64,000 nt of DNA from Azolla caroliniana. Taxonomy: Eukaryota > Plantae > Polypodiophyta. Location: assembly GCA_043228905.1 (NCBI GenBank), contig JBHGNT010000004.1, positions 17,546,001 to 17,610,000 on the forward strand, given 5' to 3'. The position numbers and the translations under genes are program-made. Numbering within the stretch: the first letter of the stretch is position 1; each line of letters starts with the position of its first letter. The notes beneath the pieces were generated by a model, which had not been told where the DNA came from, made no database searches, and worked only from the letters and a program-made list of their open reading frames with translations. Shown here piece by piece: positions 24,329 through 38,900 of the stretch.

Positions 24329-27300
24329 TTGCATCACGTGCACACACACTCACACACAAAGCTCACTTTTGCTGCATAGCACCATCTACGCCTTTCACCC
24401 TTTACATGGTATCAAAGCGTGTGGTTTAATTGATCAAGCCTAATCGACTGCCTTGCATCATGCGTTCATGACCACATGCTCGGCTATATTCGAGATTCGA
24501 AAACGCCAAAAGAAGCTTGGGGAAATCTAAAGAAGATTTTTTCGGCTTATACGGCTGCATGAAAGCTCCAACTTTGACAGGAACTAAACAACTATGCAAT
24601 AGAGGGATATGTCAAGCACCGACTATACCTTGAAGATCAAAGAGTTGTGTGATTACCTTGAGTCAATCAATGTCATCATCGATTATGAATAAATGGTGCA
24701 AATATGCCTCGGTGCCTTAGCACCTCGATTCGGCACAATCAGATCGGTCATCCTTGCGAGGGAGAACCCTCCCTCCTTTTTCGATCTTCAATCGATACTA
24801 TTAGTCGAAGAAAATCACGTTCGACAAAGGAACAACGTGCACGATGGTCAAATGCTCTACTCCCAATCGGATGAAGGATGAGGATCTGGCCGAGGAAACA
24901 AAGGCCGATTCAGCTGAGGACAACAGGGTCAACTGATCCGAGAATATAACGTCTACCACTGACAAGACGTTTCGAACATGCGAGGCAGAGAGTTCGGCAA
25001 AAGGGGGAGACATTCTGCTGGACCGAGCAATTGTAAGAGTCCAATCGAATGCGGGTATTGTAGAAAACTTGGCCACTACGAAGAGGAGTGCCAAAAGAAG
25101 AAATGAGAGGCGGCCTCAACCAACTGACACTTACGAATTACGTCTCGAATTCCAACTACGATGATCGTGACGGAATGTTTATGATGAGGCACAAAGCACA
25201 CTCGATGTCGACACAAGGTGAGACAAGCACCTCAACCTCAAATCACATGACCTCTCATGAAGATTGGTTCTGAGAATTACGAAAGCCCGATCGGCCTGGT
25301 TATGTCGAAATAGGCGATCACACAACTCATTCAATATAGCACATTGGAAACGTCCCATTTGGGAACGACAACAAACAAACCTACCTCAAAATTGTCTTGC
25401 ATGTTCCAACCATCATTAAAAACCTGGTCTCGGTAGGCTAGATTGTCAAGCAAGGGATGCAAGTGCACTTCAATGATGAAGGGTGCTTCATCGAAAAAGA
25501 AGGCCGTCTCATCACTCACGGTCATCGAGAAGGCAAAATGCTTATCCTCGAATCAAACGAGGTAAAGTCGACAATGTATGCAAAAGGTCTTAAAGTCGAC
25601 ACCAACTTGAAATTGTGTCACAAGCGAATTGGTGACATTAACCTCTAGAAGCCCTAGAACATGCAATCAAAAGGAGTCGTAATTGGACTCCCGAACTTTA
25701 CAGAGAAGGAGATTACAATGTCGTGGAGAAAACTGTCCCTAGGAGGAATCGGTAAATAGAGAGTGTGAACCGGCCCTTACACGTGGGCACATATTTTGAT
25801 GTATTGTACATAGTTAGGTATAGGTCAGCGATGTGAATATCCTATGTAGCGCGTATTCATTAGGTAGGGAATCGAGGAGTATCTCTATCCGGAAGGGCAG
25901 AGAATAAAAGTGATGTAACAGACTGTAACGTCTCTCTCTCCTTGGGCTATAAAAGGAGAGGGAAAGGGACTCAGTGGGGATCACGTTGTGGAGGACGAAG
26001 TGCTGTCGGACTGGGGCCGAGCTCTTCTCCTCTATCTTTTATCGTTTTCTACAAGTTTTGGGAGGCTTCCTCTGCTTTGTGGAAAGCCCGAGTGCTTCTG
26101 ATAGAGGCTCCATCTCGCGTTGTCCGTGTGCGTTGTGTGAGTTGGTTTCAGTGCATTGACGTTTACCGGCTAGCCATATGTGATCTTGATCATAAATATA
26201 TATTTTCCTTATTCGTCGTTCGATCTTTGTTCTGAGTTCTCTGTGTATTTGTCTATGCGGCTCGGCTGTGGTTTCGTGTTGCTCCTCCCTCTGTTCGGTT
26301 ATTCCCCGGGTTCAACGCCCCCGTGGTTCCGCGTTAGTTTCTCTTGCGTGTGCAGAATAACACGACATTATTTGGTGAACTCGACGTGAAACAAGGAGGC
26401 AGAGGAATCGAGGATCAGGGGATCAAAGATCACCGAAGCCATGGTGGCAGCAGTCAATGGGATAGTAAGTGCTTGCGAGGGCACAAGCGCCCTCGACAAT
26501 GCCATTGAAACAATTGTCAGCACAACAGGACGGTTCGATGGGAAGGACGCCACGAGTTATTTGGTGGCCTACCGAGCCAAAATGGTGATGAGGGACATCC
26601 CGGAGGAAAGGCGTATGGCTGGGTTCCCTCAGGTGGCGACACCGGGCATCCACGCAGAGGTGCTCGAGGTGCAGGCTGGATGCCGAACCTGGGGAGAATT
26701 TGAAGCGCAGCTCCTTGAACGGTACGAGCTTGATGATGCGCTTCGGTTATCGAAGCGGGATTTCATGGATTGGGCGGAGACCCCCGGAAATGGGATGAAT
26801 GCGTTAGCACTTCTCCGGGAGTTTGAAGAACGCTTCGCGCGGCTCTCGGCACTAGACAGAGCAGTGCTCGACACGAGCCGTGTCTTGTTGTTTGTCAAAT
26901 ACGTGGATGCGCGGGATCGAGATTAGGTGGGTCTCCTACTGGAGACGGACGACGGGCTGACGGCCCATTGGGCTATGGCAAAGAGGGTCTGCGGCCATTT
27001 TGACAAACGGCGTGAGTTGGTCGACAAGGGCTCATCGGGGGCAGGAGCAGTTGCGGCAAGAAAGATCGAGGGACTCCTGTCGGTAGAAAGGGAGGAAACC
27101 CGGGATTGGCTTGAGACAGGCTCGACTTTGAGCAGCGTGGTCAAGGGCCCGTCCGGAGGAGCGGCTCTGGAAGAGCTGATGCAGATGGTACGAGACCTCT
27201 AGATTGCACAGGCAAGGAGGGATGACAGCAAGCAGTTTCGCGACCGGAGGTCTCCGGGTGGGCATCGGTGCTTGTGGTGTGATGCGGTCGGTCACATCCG

Positions 27301-28329
27301 GAAGGACTGCATGGACTTCGCAGAAGCGATAAGGGCTAATGTGGTGTACCTGTGGAACGGGCGGGTGCACGCTAGTGAGACCCGGAGAGCCCTGGAGCTG
27401 AATATCGGACGAGGAGGAATGAAAAGGCTGATGGAAGAAGCGGCGGTGCGCCATGCGGAGACCATCCACTACTCGGCGTCGGCAGGAATTCGGGTCGGGA
27501 AAGACGAAGGACTCCGGGTTCTGGCCGTTGGTACTAGAAGGCTTCGCCGGCGTGTGATTTAGGAAGGAGTAAGCACACCGCGTGGAAAGACGGGTCCGGG
27601 AGGTCATCGGGTGGAGCGATCCGGTCAAGGAAAAGACCGGCTTCGTGGAAGCCGCATGCCAGAACTACGAGGTTCTAGTAGAAGACAAGCGTGCAGGGAA
27701 GGCCGGTGGGGCCGGGCCCTCGTAGTGGTACGAGACTTGGTTCGGGCTGAAGCAGAATGACATTGGTACTTCCAGCGCATCGGATAAAGCAAAGAAAGCC
27801 AATTACTGGTTGAGCACCGAGATAAAAAGAACGACGGACCTGCGGAAGGTCCTTGAGGAACGAATCCTCGACAACAAGGTGGAGTTGTCGCTGAGGGAAG
27901 TGCTTGGGATCGCCAAGAAAGAATTCCATGACTCCATCGTGGACTTGGTGAAGCGAAAAAGGCTTTCGACGGAGCTGGAGCCGGAAAAGCTGGTGGAGGT
28001 GCGAACGACGCACCTAGAAGACATGGCCCTAGAAGACGAGTTGGCGGAAAGCCACTATTCGAAGTTGCATTGGGCAAGAGCCACTACGGAGACCCCGGTT
28101 CGGATTGGAGACATCCAGGAGCCGGTGGTGGCGTTGGTAGACCACGGTTTGGAGATCAACCTGATGTCTATGGACTTATACAAGAAGGGCAAGTGGCCGA
28201 TCAACACCAAACACAGGTGGAAAATACGAGCGGCAACGCGCGCCACGGAGGAGCTACACGGAGCCTGCCCAAATGTACAGGTGAAAATCGGTGATGTCGA
28301 GATTGACTAGCACTTCTTCGTGCAGGAGA

Positions 28330-31300
28330 TGTCAAGATCAGTACTAAGACAGAAAAGGAATTAGTACTAAAAGATGAGGATTAGTACTAAGAGAGATGTA
28401 GAACTCTCGAGAGAAGGAAAGAGTGATCAAGAGAGAGAGAGAGAGAGAGAGAGAAAGGGTGAGAGAGAATGATGATAAATGATATATATTATGTGAAGAG
28501 AGTATACAATAGTAGCTAAGAGGCTTAAGACTGGCGTTGAACCAATTTGGTTCGAAATAATGCCTTGTGCCTCCTTTTATAGTGTTCTTAGGAGTACTCC
28601 TGAAGTTTCTAGAATGTTCTAGAGAAATCTGGAATATACATCAATTTTCTATAATAAAACATAAATGAAAATAATATTCTACGTATTACAATGTATGGTC
28701 TAATGGTCAAGAGCTTGACCCATGTAGCATAAGGTCATGGGTTTGAGTCTTGCCATATCATGACACTATCCCCCTTTTAAGACGACGAGTGCCACGAGTT
28801 GTTTTGGATTGAGGACCTGGTTTGTCTGGATATTGACGATGGAAGTCTTCAAGAAGAGCACGAGCATTGGTCACATTCTCTATCGGTTCCCAAGTATGCT
28901 CGCTGGGACTATATCCTAGCCAATCGATTAGATAGTAGAGCTTGTTGCGAACAATCTTGGAATCAAGGATGGTGGCAACCTCGTACTCAGGTCCATCTTC
29001 AAGCTCGATCGGGGGTGGAGGTTGTGTGATACGTCCTGGGATGGTGCTCTCTTAATAGGGTTCGAGGAGAGAACTATGAAACACCGGATGTATCCGAAGT
29101 TGCGGAGGTAGATCGAGACGAAAAGCGACATCATTAATCTTTCCTATAATACGGAAAGGACCTAATCGCCAATAATCCAACTTCTCGCATGGGTGAGTAG
29201 TCTTGATGTGTCGTCGTAGTAGCCATACCCGATCTCCAATGTAAAAACTGGATGGAAGTCGATGACGATCTGTGTAAACCTTGTGTGTTTGTTGGAGATT
29301 AGTAGATAAATCGGCTTGTATCTTGCGTAACCGCTCTAAACGATCCTCTGCGCAAGGATTTGTGGACAACTTTGGGGGTTTCAAATACACACCACCGGGG
29401 GTGACAACCCGTACAAGCATAAAATGGCGTAACTTTAGTCGACGCGTGGACAAAGTTATTATAGGCAAATTCGGCGAAGTGGAGAATATCTACCCAGTCA
29501 TCCTGATGATAGCTTAGAAAGCACCGAAGATACTGCTCCAGCGTTTGATTTGTTCGTTCTGCTTGACCATCGGTTTGTGGGTGGTAGCCGGAGGAGAGGT
29601 TACAAGTGACCTTGAGCATTTTAAAAAGGTGCTTCCAGAATTTCGATACGAACTGGGGTCCACGGTCATTGATGATACTACCGGGAAGGGCATGATGCTG
29701 ACATACTTCACGCATGACAATTTCAAGGGTTTCTTCACTGGAGATTTCCTTAGTACATGGCAAGAAATGAGCCATCTTCGTATATCGATCTACGACTGTT
29801 AGAATCGCATTGAACCCCTTAGAGACTGGAAGATCTATGATGAAGTCTAGAGCAATGGATTGCCACAGCTTACTTGGAATTGGTAATGGTTCTAATAAAC
29901 CATATGGATGATGCCTTGACATTTTCGCTTTGCACCATGTATCACAAGTCCGAACAAAATCTTGGACAAATTGTCGCATACGGGGCCACTAAAATGATCG
30001 TTGTACTAAATCTAATGTTTTAGTACTACCAAAATGCCCAGATGTATATGTGTCATGACAGTTTTGGACTATTCGAAGGTGGCAAGATCCATTAGGAATA
30101 TACAAGAGTTCATTAAAGAATAGTAATCCATCATGGTACCTGGTGGTTGCGACTGTGAAGAAGATGCTCGAGAGGGATCAATTTGTGCTAGAATGGTTTG
30201 GGCGAAAGCATCGGTTTTCAATTCCTCACGTATAGTATTGATAACATGGGAATCCATGGGCATGCCAAAGGCCTGTGTTGCTTGCAGTCGTGTCGGTCCC
30301 AAGATTACTTGCTTTTGGCTATCAAAAGCTGGCTCGCCGGGACGCGATGCTAGGTACGAACGCCGTGATAATGCATCTGCCTTCCCTTGGTGCTTCGCCG
30401 GATGACATGTAATTTTGAAGTCGAAACATGTGAGGAAGTGGGCCCACCGAGCTTGACGTCGATTTAACACACGAGCGTCCTGAAAGTAGGCAAGGTTTTT
30501 GTGATCACTGAATACGGTGACTTGATGAGAGAATCCCTCTAGAAAATGCCTCCATTGCGTAAAAGAGTCCACTATTGCCAATAGCTCCTTATCATGAATT
30601 TCGTAGTTGATTTCGGCGGCGTCAATCTTGCATGAGTGAAAAGCCACAGGATGTAGCTTCTCATCATTACCCCGATGTGACAAAATGCTGCCCAATGCGA
30701 AATCTGATGTGTCTACTTCGATAATGAATGGTTTTTCCGGATCGACATGAGCTAGAATTGGAGCCGATGTAAATGCCTTTTTAAGACTCTCGAAAGCCAT
30801 GTCCGCTTCTTTAGACCAAACGAACGATTGTCCCTTCTTGGTAAGTTGTGTGAGAGGCAGAACAAGCTTTGAGTAATCCTGTATGAACTTCCGGTAAAAA
30901 TTGGCAAAGCCAAAAAAACATTGCACATCTCGCACCGAACGCGGAGTTTGCCACTCTACCACAGTTTTGACCTTAGCTAGGTCCATGGAGATGCCTTCCG
31001 AGGAAATGACATAGCCCAGAAATTCCACCTAGTTGCACCCAAAACTACATTTTTCCAGCTTTGCATAAAGACCATGTTCTTGAAGTCATTTTAGTACTAA
31101 CAGTACATGAGAATCATGCTCTTCTTGGGTCTTCGAATAAACCAGTAGATCATCCAAATAGATGATCAAACAAACATCCAAGAGATCTCAGAATATATCA
31201 TTTTCCATGTGTTGGAAGACTGATGGCACATTAGTGAGGCCGAACGGCATGACCGTATACTCGAAGTGCCCATATCTGGTGTGAAACGCGGTCTTCCATT

Positions 31301-33968
31301 CATCTCTTGGTCGGATCCGTACAAGGTTATAGGCTTCCCCGTAAGTCGATCTTCACAAAGAACCTTGCACCATTGATCCGTTTTAAAAGACTTGAGATAA
31401 GGGGAAATGCATACCTATTTCTGATTGTAAACTTATTCAAGCCACAATAATCTACAACGAGACGAAGTGATTCATCCTTTTTCTTGACGAAGAAAATGGG
31501 TGCGCCGGCTAGAAATTTCGAATGCCGAAAGAAACCATTTTCCAAATTCTCCTCTATATAGGCTCGCAGAACTTCTAGCTCAATTGGTGACAAATTGTAG
31601 ATCGGTCCCCATGGTGGCTCTTCCCCAGTTGTAAATCGATGGGGCAATCATACGGTCAATGGTGAGGAAGCGTATTGGCTTGTACTTTATCGAACACATC
31701 GGCATAATGATGATACTTCTTTGGAAGTTGAACGGTGGAATCCTCTTTAATGGTGTCTAAGGGCTTTATTGATATTGCGAAGAGAAACATTTCTTCCTTG
31801 CATCCTTCTTCCTGCAACTGATGTAGCGAAATGGTTGCAATCTCATGAGTAGACCCTCGGGCTTTTCGATAGTGGATTTCTCTTGTTCTCCAATGTATAT
31901 CTGGGTTATGCAATTCGAACCATGGTAATCCTAAAACAATGGGGTGTTCTAGGATGCTAATTATATTAAATGATACTACACATGCTAGATTATCTAGGAC
32001 AATATTAACGGGCTCTGACTCTTCTATGATATTTCCGGAAGCAATGGGATGACCATCAATGACTACTACAGAGGCTGGACACGGGAGTTTTCTGAGTGAT
32101 ATCTAATGAGCTTGGGCAAAGTCTCTATCCATGAAGCAAGAATTAGCTCCGGAATCTAGAAGTGCTAAGACATGTACTAGAGGGGTACTTTTAGTACTAA
32201 CTGTTACTTGAGCTATGAACACATTGCTAACTTGCTTAGAGGGAATGGAACCACTAATGGGTTGCATAGATCTAGGGTTGTCCAACCAAACGTCTCCTAA
32301 TTTGGTTGGACTTAGTCATTTAACACTTCTTCTAACTGACTAAGGACATCAAATTTATTCGCTACATTTGGGCTATTAGTACTATTAGGACTATCAGATA
32401 TCCCTACTGAAATAGACTCGGGTTTAGTACAATCATAACTAACAACTATTTGGTTTACCTACCTTCTTGGCCTATGGGGACAGTTTACGGCGATATGCCC
32501 TGGTCCACCGCAATAAAGACAAAGTCGGTTTACTCGACGTCGTTGCTTTTCTTCTTCCGATAGCGGTCCACGACGACATGTGGTGTCAATTTCCATCGGA
32601 GTTGGAGTACTTACTGGAGGCGCATTATATGACTCCCTCGGAAAAGGTTTCGCTACCACTGAGGCGTAGGTAGGCTCAGATCTTGCCCTTGGCATCTGGA
32701 ACTGACGTTCCGAACGTCGTTCAAAGAGGCGATTGTCGCATCTCACTACGTGACTGATTGCTTCTGTTAATGACTTTGGTTCTTCGGGAAAGGTCAAGAG
32801 TCAATCTTTGACATCGTTACGTAGACCATAACGAAATTGCTCCATTAACTCTTGATCATCCCAGGGGATATCGGAGGCGAGTAGATGAAAATCTATAGCA
32901 TATGCGGAGGCTGGATGATCACCATGATGTAGTCGTCGGATTTTGTTGATTGATGTCCTTATGCTGTCAGTATCTCCAAAACAGGCTTTAAACTCACTTA
33001 TAAACTCTTCAAATTTGTTTAGTAATGGAGATTCTTTTTCTAACAGCGGAGCAAACCATGCCAACGTTGAGCCACTTAACAACGTGCCTACTAAACCCAC
33101 TCGTGATGCATCGGTGGGATATCGGGAAGGATGCATTTGAATAACTAGTCGTACCTCATTAAGGAACCCTCTAAACTACGATCGCGTTCCATTGAATTTC
33201 ATGGGAAGGCCGATCTTGGGTTCTTTATGAATCCCTTGTGTTCCAGGTCCTTGTTGTTGCATCACTACGATGGTTGCTTCGAGTTGTTGCACGCGTAACG
33301 CAAGTTCCCCATGTTGTTGCGTTTGCTGCTTTTCTAAGGAGATTTGTTGAAGATCCTCCAACAACCGTTGATTTTCTTGTTCCAAAGCAAGGAACTTCTC
33401 TTTCAAGCATTGCAACTCTGAGAAAACAGATTGATATTCTTGAGTGCTAATAGTGGCCATGGGATGAGAGGAAAGAGGAATAAGAGATTAGTATGAAGGG
33501 AGGGAGACAGAAGAGGAGCAAAATCGGTTTAAACTGTTAGGATCAGTACTAAGACAGAGAAGGAATTAGTACTAAAAGATGAGGATTAATACTAAGAGAG
33601 AAGTAGAACTCTCAAGAGAAGGAAAGAGTGAGCGAGAGAGAGAGATAGAGAGAGAGAAAGGGTGAGAGAGAATGATGATAAATGATATATATTATGTGAA
33701 GAGAGTATACAATAGTAGCTAGGAGGCTTAAGACTAGCGTTGAACCGATTTGGTTCGAAATAATGCCTTGTGCCTCCTTTTATAGTGTTCTTAGGAGTAC
33801 TCCTGAAGTTTCTAGAATGTTCCAGAGAAATCTGGAATATACATCAATTTTCTATAATAAAATATAAATGAAAATAATATTCTACGTATTACAATGTATG
33901 GTCTAATGGTCAAGAGCTTGACCCATGTAGCATAAGGTCATGGGTTTGAGTCTTGCCATATCATGACA
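28330..33968 (-). mobile_element. Full-length Tcn1-like chromovirus (Ty3/Gypsy) element C nested in the protease region of element B
   Basis: LTRs 28330-28765 and 33535-33968; perfect TSD GGAGA; PPT ~28770-28778; gag 33460-32459 ('CLYCGGPGHIAVNC'), protease 'LLDSGA', RT, RH, integrase with 'LGPFRI..HPVFH' and chromodomain 'EYEVATILDS..YLIDWLGY..TWEP' (~28820-28990). Confidence 0.95.
28696..28755 (+). promoter_or_regulatory. tRNA-like A/B-box module in the LTR of element C (second copy ~33899-33958)
   Basis: TGGTCTAATGG ... GGTTTGAGTC with 45 nt from T8 to G53. Confidence 0.55.
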
Positions 33969-36900
33969 GGAGACATCCTCGCACCCGGTGATACTCGGAG
34001 AACCGTACATTATGGCAACACACATGGAGACGAAGGTGTTGGATAACGGTTCAGCGTATGCATGCGTGAAGACATGGAGACGAAGGTGTTGGATAACGGT
34101 TCAACGTATGCATGCGTGAAGAGCCAAGATGGGCTACATACCGTCCAATTTCTAACGGTGCGATCGAACCACGAGCGCAACCGCGAGCCCCTCGGCGTGG
34201 GGATTTTTAGAGAGGGCTATCAAGGCGTGGGGCCGCGGTAGTCTGGACACCCCGGAGAAACTCCACATGTATACCATAGGAAACCCTGTACTATAGACAA
34301 GAAATTTTGGTTCTCCAACAATGGTGGTTGTACAATAACCGGCATTAGCGGTGGGGAGAAGAAGTGGGCGGAGGAACGTCTCAGGGCATGCAGAGTCCTA
34401 GGACCTGACGAAGTGATAAGCAACGTCGTGGAGGCGGTCTCTTTCGATGATACCTTGGCAGATCTGAGGAACGTGCTCGAAGAAGGCCTCAGTGAAGACC
34501 GGATGATTTAGGTTAGTTCGGAACGGATGTACGAAGTCATCGCCGACTTCGGGAATGAGGTCGAGTCGGATCGGACGGCCCGAGTGGATACAAGGTACAA
34601 GACTGTGGACCAGAAGGTGAGGCCAATCGTGGCACCCTTGCCAGAGGGCAGCGAGTTACGGATAAAAGGGGTCACATCGGACCCAAGTCTACGGGATCCA
34701 GCCGGCATAGGACACCATTTCACCAACATAACGGTGCGGGAGCTCAAGGTTGGTGGGGGTGGCTTTCTATAGCCAACGGAGGAGGAACGGTTTTGGAGAA
34801 TGCTCGAGAGGCACAGGAAGTCCTTTGCATTTTCGCCAGAAGAGATCGGGTGTGTAGACCCAACGGTCGTTGAGCCGATGGTTATTTTCACGGTACTGAA
34901 TGTGACGTGGAATCCCAGAGCTCACATCCCAAAGCTAATGGAATTGTTGAACCAAAAGGTGGAGATGGGCATCCTCGAACCGTCGAGTGCCCCATACTCG
35001 AATCGGTAGTTTACCATGCCAAAGAAGAACGACACGTTGCGCTTTATTCAGGACTTGCAGCCGGTCAACAATGTGACCATTCGAAACACAGGAATCGGAC
35101 CGATCATTTACAAGTTTGCAGAGGCCTTCACCGGAAGGTCGATTTACTCGATTGGGGATCTGTACTCAGGGTACAACCAATTCCAACTAGCCATAGAGAG
35201 CAAGGATATTACGACAATGCAGACTCCTCTCGACCTAGTGCGGATGTGTACCCTTCCGCAAGGGGGGACAAACTTGGTAGCGCACATGGTGAATGCGATG
35301 AATAAGGTGCTAAGGGATTGCATCCTGGACATCACCATGCCAGTTTTGGATGACATTCCGATCAAGGGATGTCCGGTGGAGGATAAGGACGAAACGGTCA
35401 GACCGAACAGGTGTCGGAAATTCGTCTCCAACCACATTGAAGACTGCGAGAAGGTGCTACAGAAGCTGGAAAGCGCGCGGCTCACCTTCTCCAAGGAGAA
35501 ATCGGCTTTCAGACATTCGGAAATCATGGTCGTCGGACACTTGTGCGGGCCTTATGGCCGGAAACCGTCTCCAGCTAAAGTTGAAGCTATCTCCACGATG
35601 AAGGAAGACTACAGGTCGGTTACAGAAGTCCGGAGGTTCTTGGGAGGTTGTGCGTTCTACCACATTTGGATCCTGCATTACGCCCATATTGCGGAGCCAC
35701 TCTACGGGTTGTTGAAGAAAGGGCGCAAGTTCGAGTGGGGCAAAGAGCATGCGAAGTCGGTCTGGAAAATGAAAGAAGCGCTTGCCGTGGCACCGGCAAT
35801 CCGAATAGCGGTCTATGGTAAACATGTTCCGATTTATGTAACCGTAGACACGAGTCTGACCGGAATCAGATGGGTGATCAACTAGGAGGATAAGAATGGC
35901 ACGAGGTTCCCCATCCGGTTCGGTGCGAAAGTACATAGCGAGCAACAACGAGGATATGCCCAGGTTAAATGCGAACTCTGGGGTATCGTTTCGGCGGTGA
36001 AGGCTGACAAAGACTACATGATAGGGATAGAGGTAATAATAGAGATAGACTACCTACCGATTCTCGGTATGGTTTCCGGATGCGCAACGCCGGACCTGGC
36101 ATTGTTCAGGTGGATAGCGTACATTAAGTCCCTAAATCCGGAGATACGACACATCTCCGGGAAGGACAACGCCATGGCCGACATGCTTTCGAGAGCGAGG
36201 TTTGATGACGAGGGCGGCATGGTTTCAGAGGACGAGGAAGTTGATGTGGACTTCTTCAAGATGGCTTGCGTGACAACGAGAAAGGGGAGCACTCCGGCGC
36301 TTAATGAGTTCAATGAGAGCAAGTACGACAGGGAGTGGCTCCAGATCGATGGGTTCCTGAAAACGATGACGCCAGACACCGCGTGGACAAAGGAAGAGGC
36401 TAACCGGATCCGGAAGAAAGCGTACCAATTCTTCCTACGGGACGAAAGCATATGGAAACACCCGAAGAAGCGAGACGACATCCCACTCCGGGTAGTGGCA
36501 AGGAAGGAGGAGTAGGAAGCATTGCTAATGGCGTACCACGAGAGCCCTTGGGCTGGACATTGGGGGACATGGGCCACGTTCGAGAAGTTGAAGGAGAAGT
36601 ACTAGTGGTCGGGACTATACCGGGACGTGCATCGGTTCGTAATGACTTGTGAAAGATGTCAAATGCATTCCATAGTCCGACATCGAGACGAGCTGCACCC
36701 GACTTACCCATCGGCCGTCCACTTCAAGTGGATGTTGGATCTGGTGACGATGCCAATGGGGGTAGGGCAGATGCGATACCTGATGCTAGCACGAGAGGAC
36801 TTGACGAACCAAGTGGAGGGCCGAGCGTTACCGAACAAGATGACCACGGCCGTGTGCCGGTTCCTGATCGAAGAGGTGGTATGTCGGTACGGGTGTGTAG

Positions 36901-38900
36901 GGAAGATCGTAGCGGACCGTGGAGAATTGGATGCACAAGAGGCCGAAGAGTTGTTTGATCAGTTAGAGATTAAACTCTCGCTCACAACGATGTACAATCT
37001 GAAGGCAAACGGGAAGGTGGAATGCAGACACGGGCCAATCGTAAAGGCGTTGGTACGGGCATGTGAAGGCCAAGTCAGGAACTGGCCACGACTCTTACCT
37101 TACACGTTGTGGGCGGATTGAACTACGCACAATTCAGTAACCGGGTTCATGCCGGCGGAGCTGATGTACGGCCAGAAGCCGATCATGCCGATGGAGCGAA
37201 CAATCTCCTCATGGGCCGCGGTGGACTGGAGAGACGAGATGAGCCAGGAGGAGCTATTAGTGGCACCAATCCGACAGCTCGAGCGAAGACCGGAGGATGT
37301 GGAAGAGCAGCGACAAAGCTGCATGCGGCAAGGACAAAGAACAAGGGGCAATTCAACTCGACTCACCGACTACGACCGAAGAAAATCGAGGAAGGTGACT
37401 AGGTTCTGGTCTATGACAACAACCTCGACAACCAGCACAAGGCGATGCGGAAATTAGCGAGGAGGTGGTTCGGGCCTTACGCGGTGACAAGCACCAACGA
37501 CAACGGCACCTACCATCTCGCGAAGTTCTACGTAACGAGAATAGTTGTGTCGGTCCCCGAGAAGAGGATCAAGACGTTCAAGAAGCGGCACGAGGATGAA
37601 CCTGACCCAGAGGACATGGATAGCGACGACGACCAGTTCGGAGCGGATGGCGATCCGGGGATCGTAAGATAAGCGCGGGCCGTTCTTCTCCGGCAAAGGT
37701 CTATTCTAGTGCATACCGGTGGATGTGCGGTTAGGTGGGGGCAAATGTCGTGGAGAAAAACCGTCCCTAGGAGGAATCGGTGAATAGAGAGCGTGAACCA
37801 GCCCTTACACACGGGCACATGTTTTGATGTATTGTACATAGTTAGGTACATGTCGGCGATGTGAATATCCCAGGTAGCGCGTATTCATTAGGTAGGGAAT
37901 CGAGGAGTATCTCTATCCGGAAGGACAGAGAATAAAAGTGATGTAACAGACTGTAACGTCTCTCTCTCCTTGGGCTATAAAAAGAGAGGGAAAGGGACTG
38001 AGTGGGGATCGCGTTGTGGAGGACGAAGTGTTGTCGGACTGGGACCGAGCTCTTCTCCTGTGTCTTTTATCGTTCTCTGCAAGTTTTGGGAGGCTGCCTC
38101 TACTTCGTGGAAAGCCCGAGTTCTTCCGGTAGAAGCTCCATCTCATGTTGTCCGTGTGCGTTGTGTGAGTTGGTGTCGGCGCGTTGACGCTTACCGGCTA
38201 GCCGGCTGTAATCTTGATCATAAATATATATTTGCCTTATTCGTCATTCGATCTTCGTTGTGAGTTCTCTATGTATTTGTGTGCACGGCTCGGTCGTGGT
38301 TTCGCGTCGCTCCTCCCTTTATTCAGTTATTCCCTGGTTCAAGGCCCCCGCAGTCCCGCCTTGGTTTCTCCTGAGCGTGCAGAATAACACAACGGGTGTA
38401 TGCGATGCGTGCCAATTCGGAAAACCACATCAACATCCATTCCCGAAAGAGAGGAATGTGAGCAAAGGGATCCTGGATGTAGTACATTCAAATGTATGGG
38501 GACCAACACAGATTGTCACATTCGGTAGTTGCCGATACTATGTCACCATCATCGACGACTTCTCCAAGCACACCTGGATCTACCTGATGAGACAGAAGAA
38601 CGAAGTGTTCGGACAGTTCCAAAGGTTCAAAAATGACGTTGAAAAAGTCACAGGTTGGCACATATGCTGCCTTTGATCAAATGGAGGCGTAGAATATTTC
38701 TCAGACGAGTTTACGACATATCTCCGAAAGGAAGGAATATGACAAGAACTCTCATGCCAACACACACCTTAGCAAACCGGCGTAGCCGAAAGAAAGAATC
38801 GGCATATAGTAGAGGTTGCATGGGCAATGATGAATGAAAGAACCTGCCGAAATCGTACTAGGTAGAAGCGGCTAACACAAATGTATACCTAATGAACCGG

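Larger units (their letters stand above)
25719..38391 (+). mobile_element. Full-length degenerate Ty3/Gypsy element B with tRNA-Trp PBS, nested in Copia A
   Basis: LTRs 25719-26367 and 37746-38391 (TGTCGTG...CACGACA); PBS TGGTGAACTCGACGTGA at 26373; gag 'FDGKDATSYL', CCHC 'CLWCDAVGHIRKDC', protease 'ALVDHG', RT 35016-35885, RH and integrase 36627-37672; PPT ggtggggg. Confidence 0.93.

Noticed and set aside
26303-26320. B-box-like GGTTCAACGCC in the LTR of B (similar ccccgggttc in D)
   Set aside because: No A box at the right distance; probably a shared U5 motif
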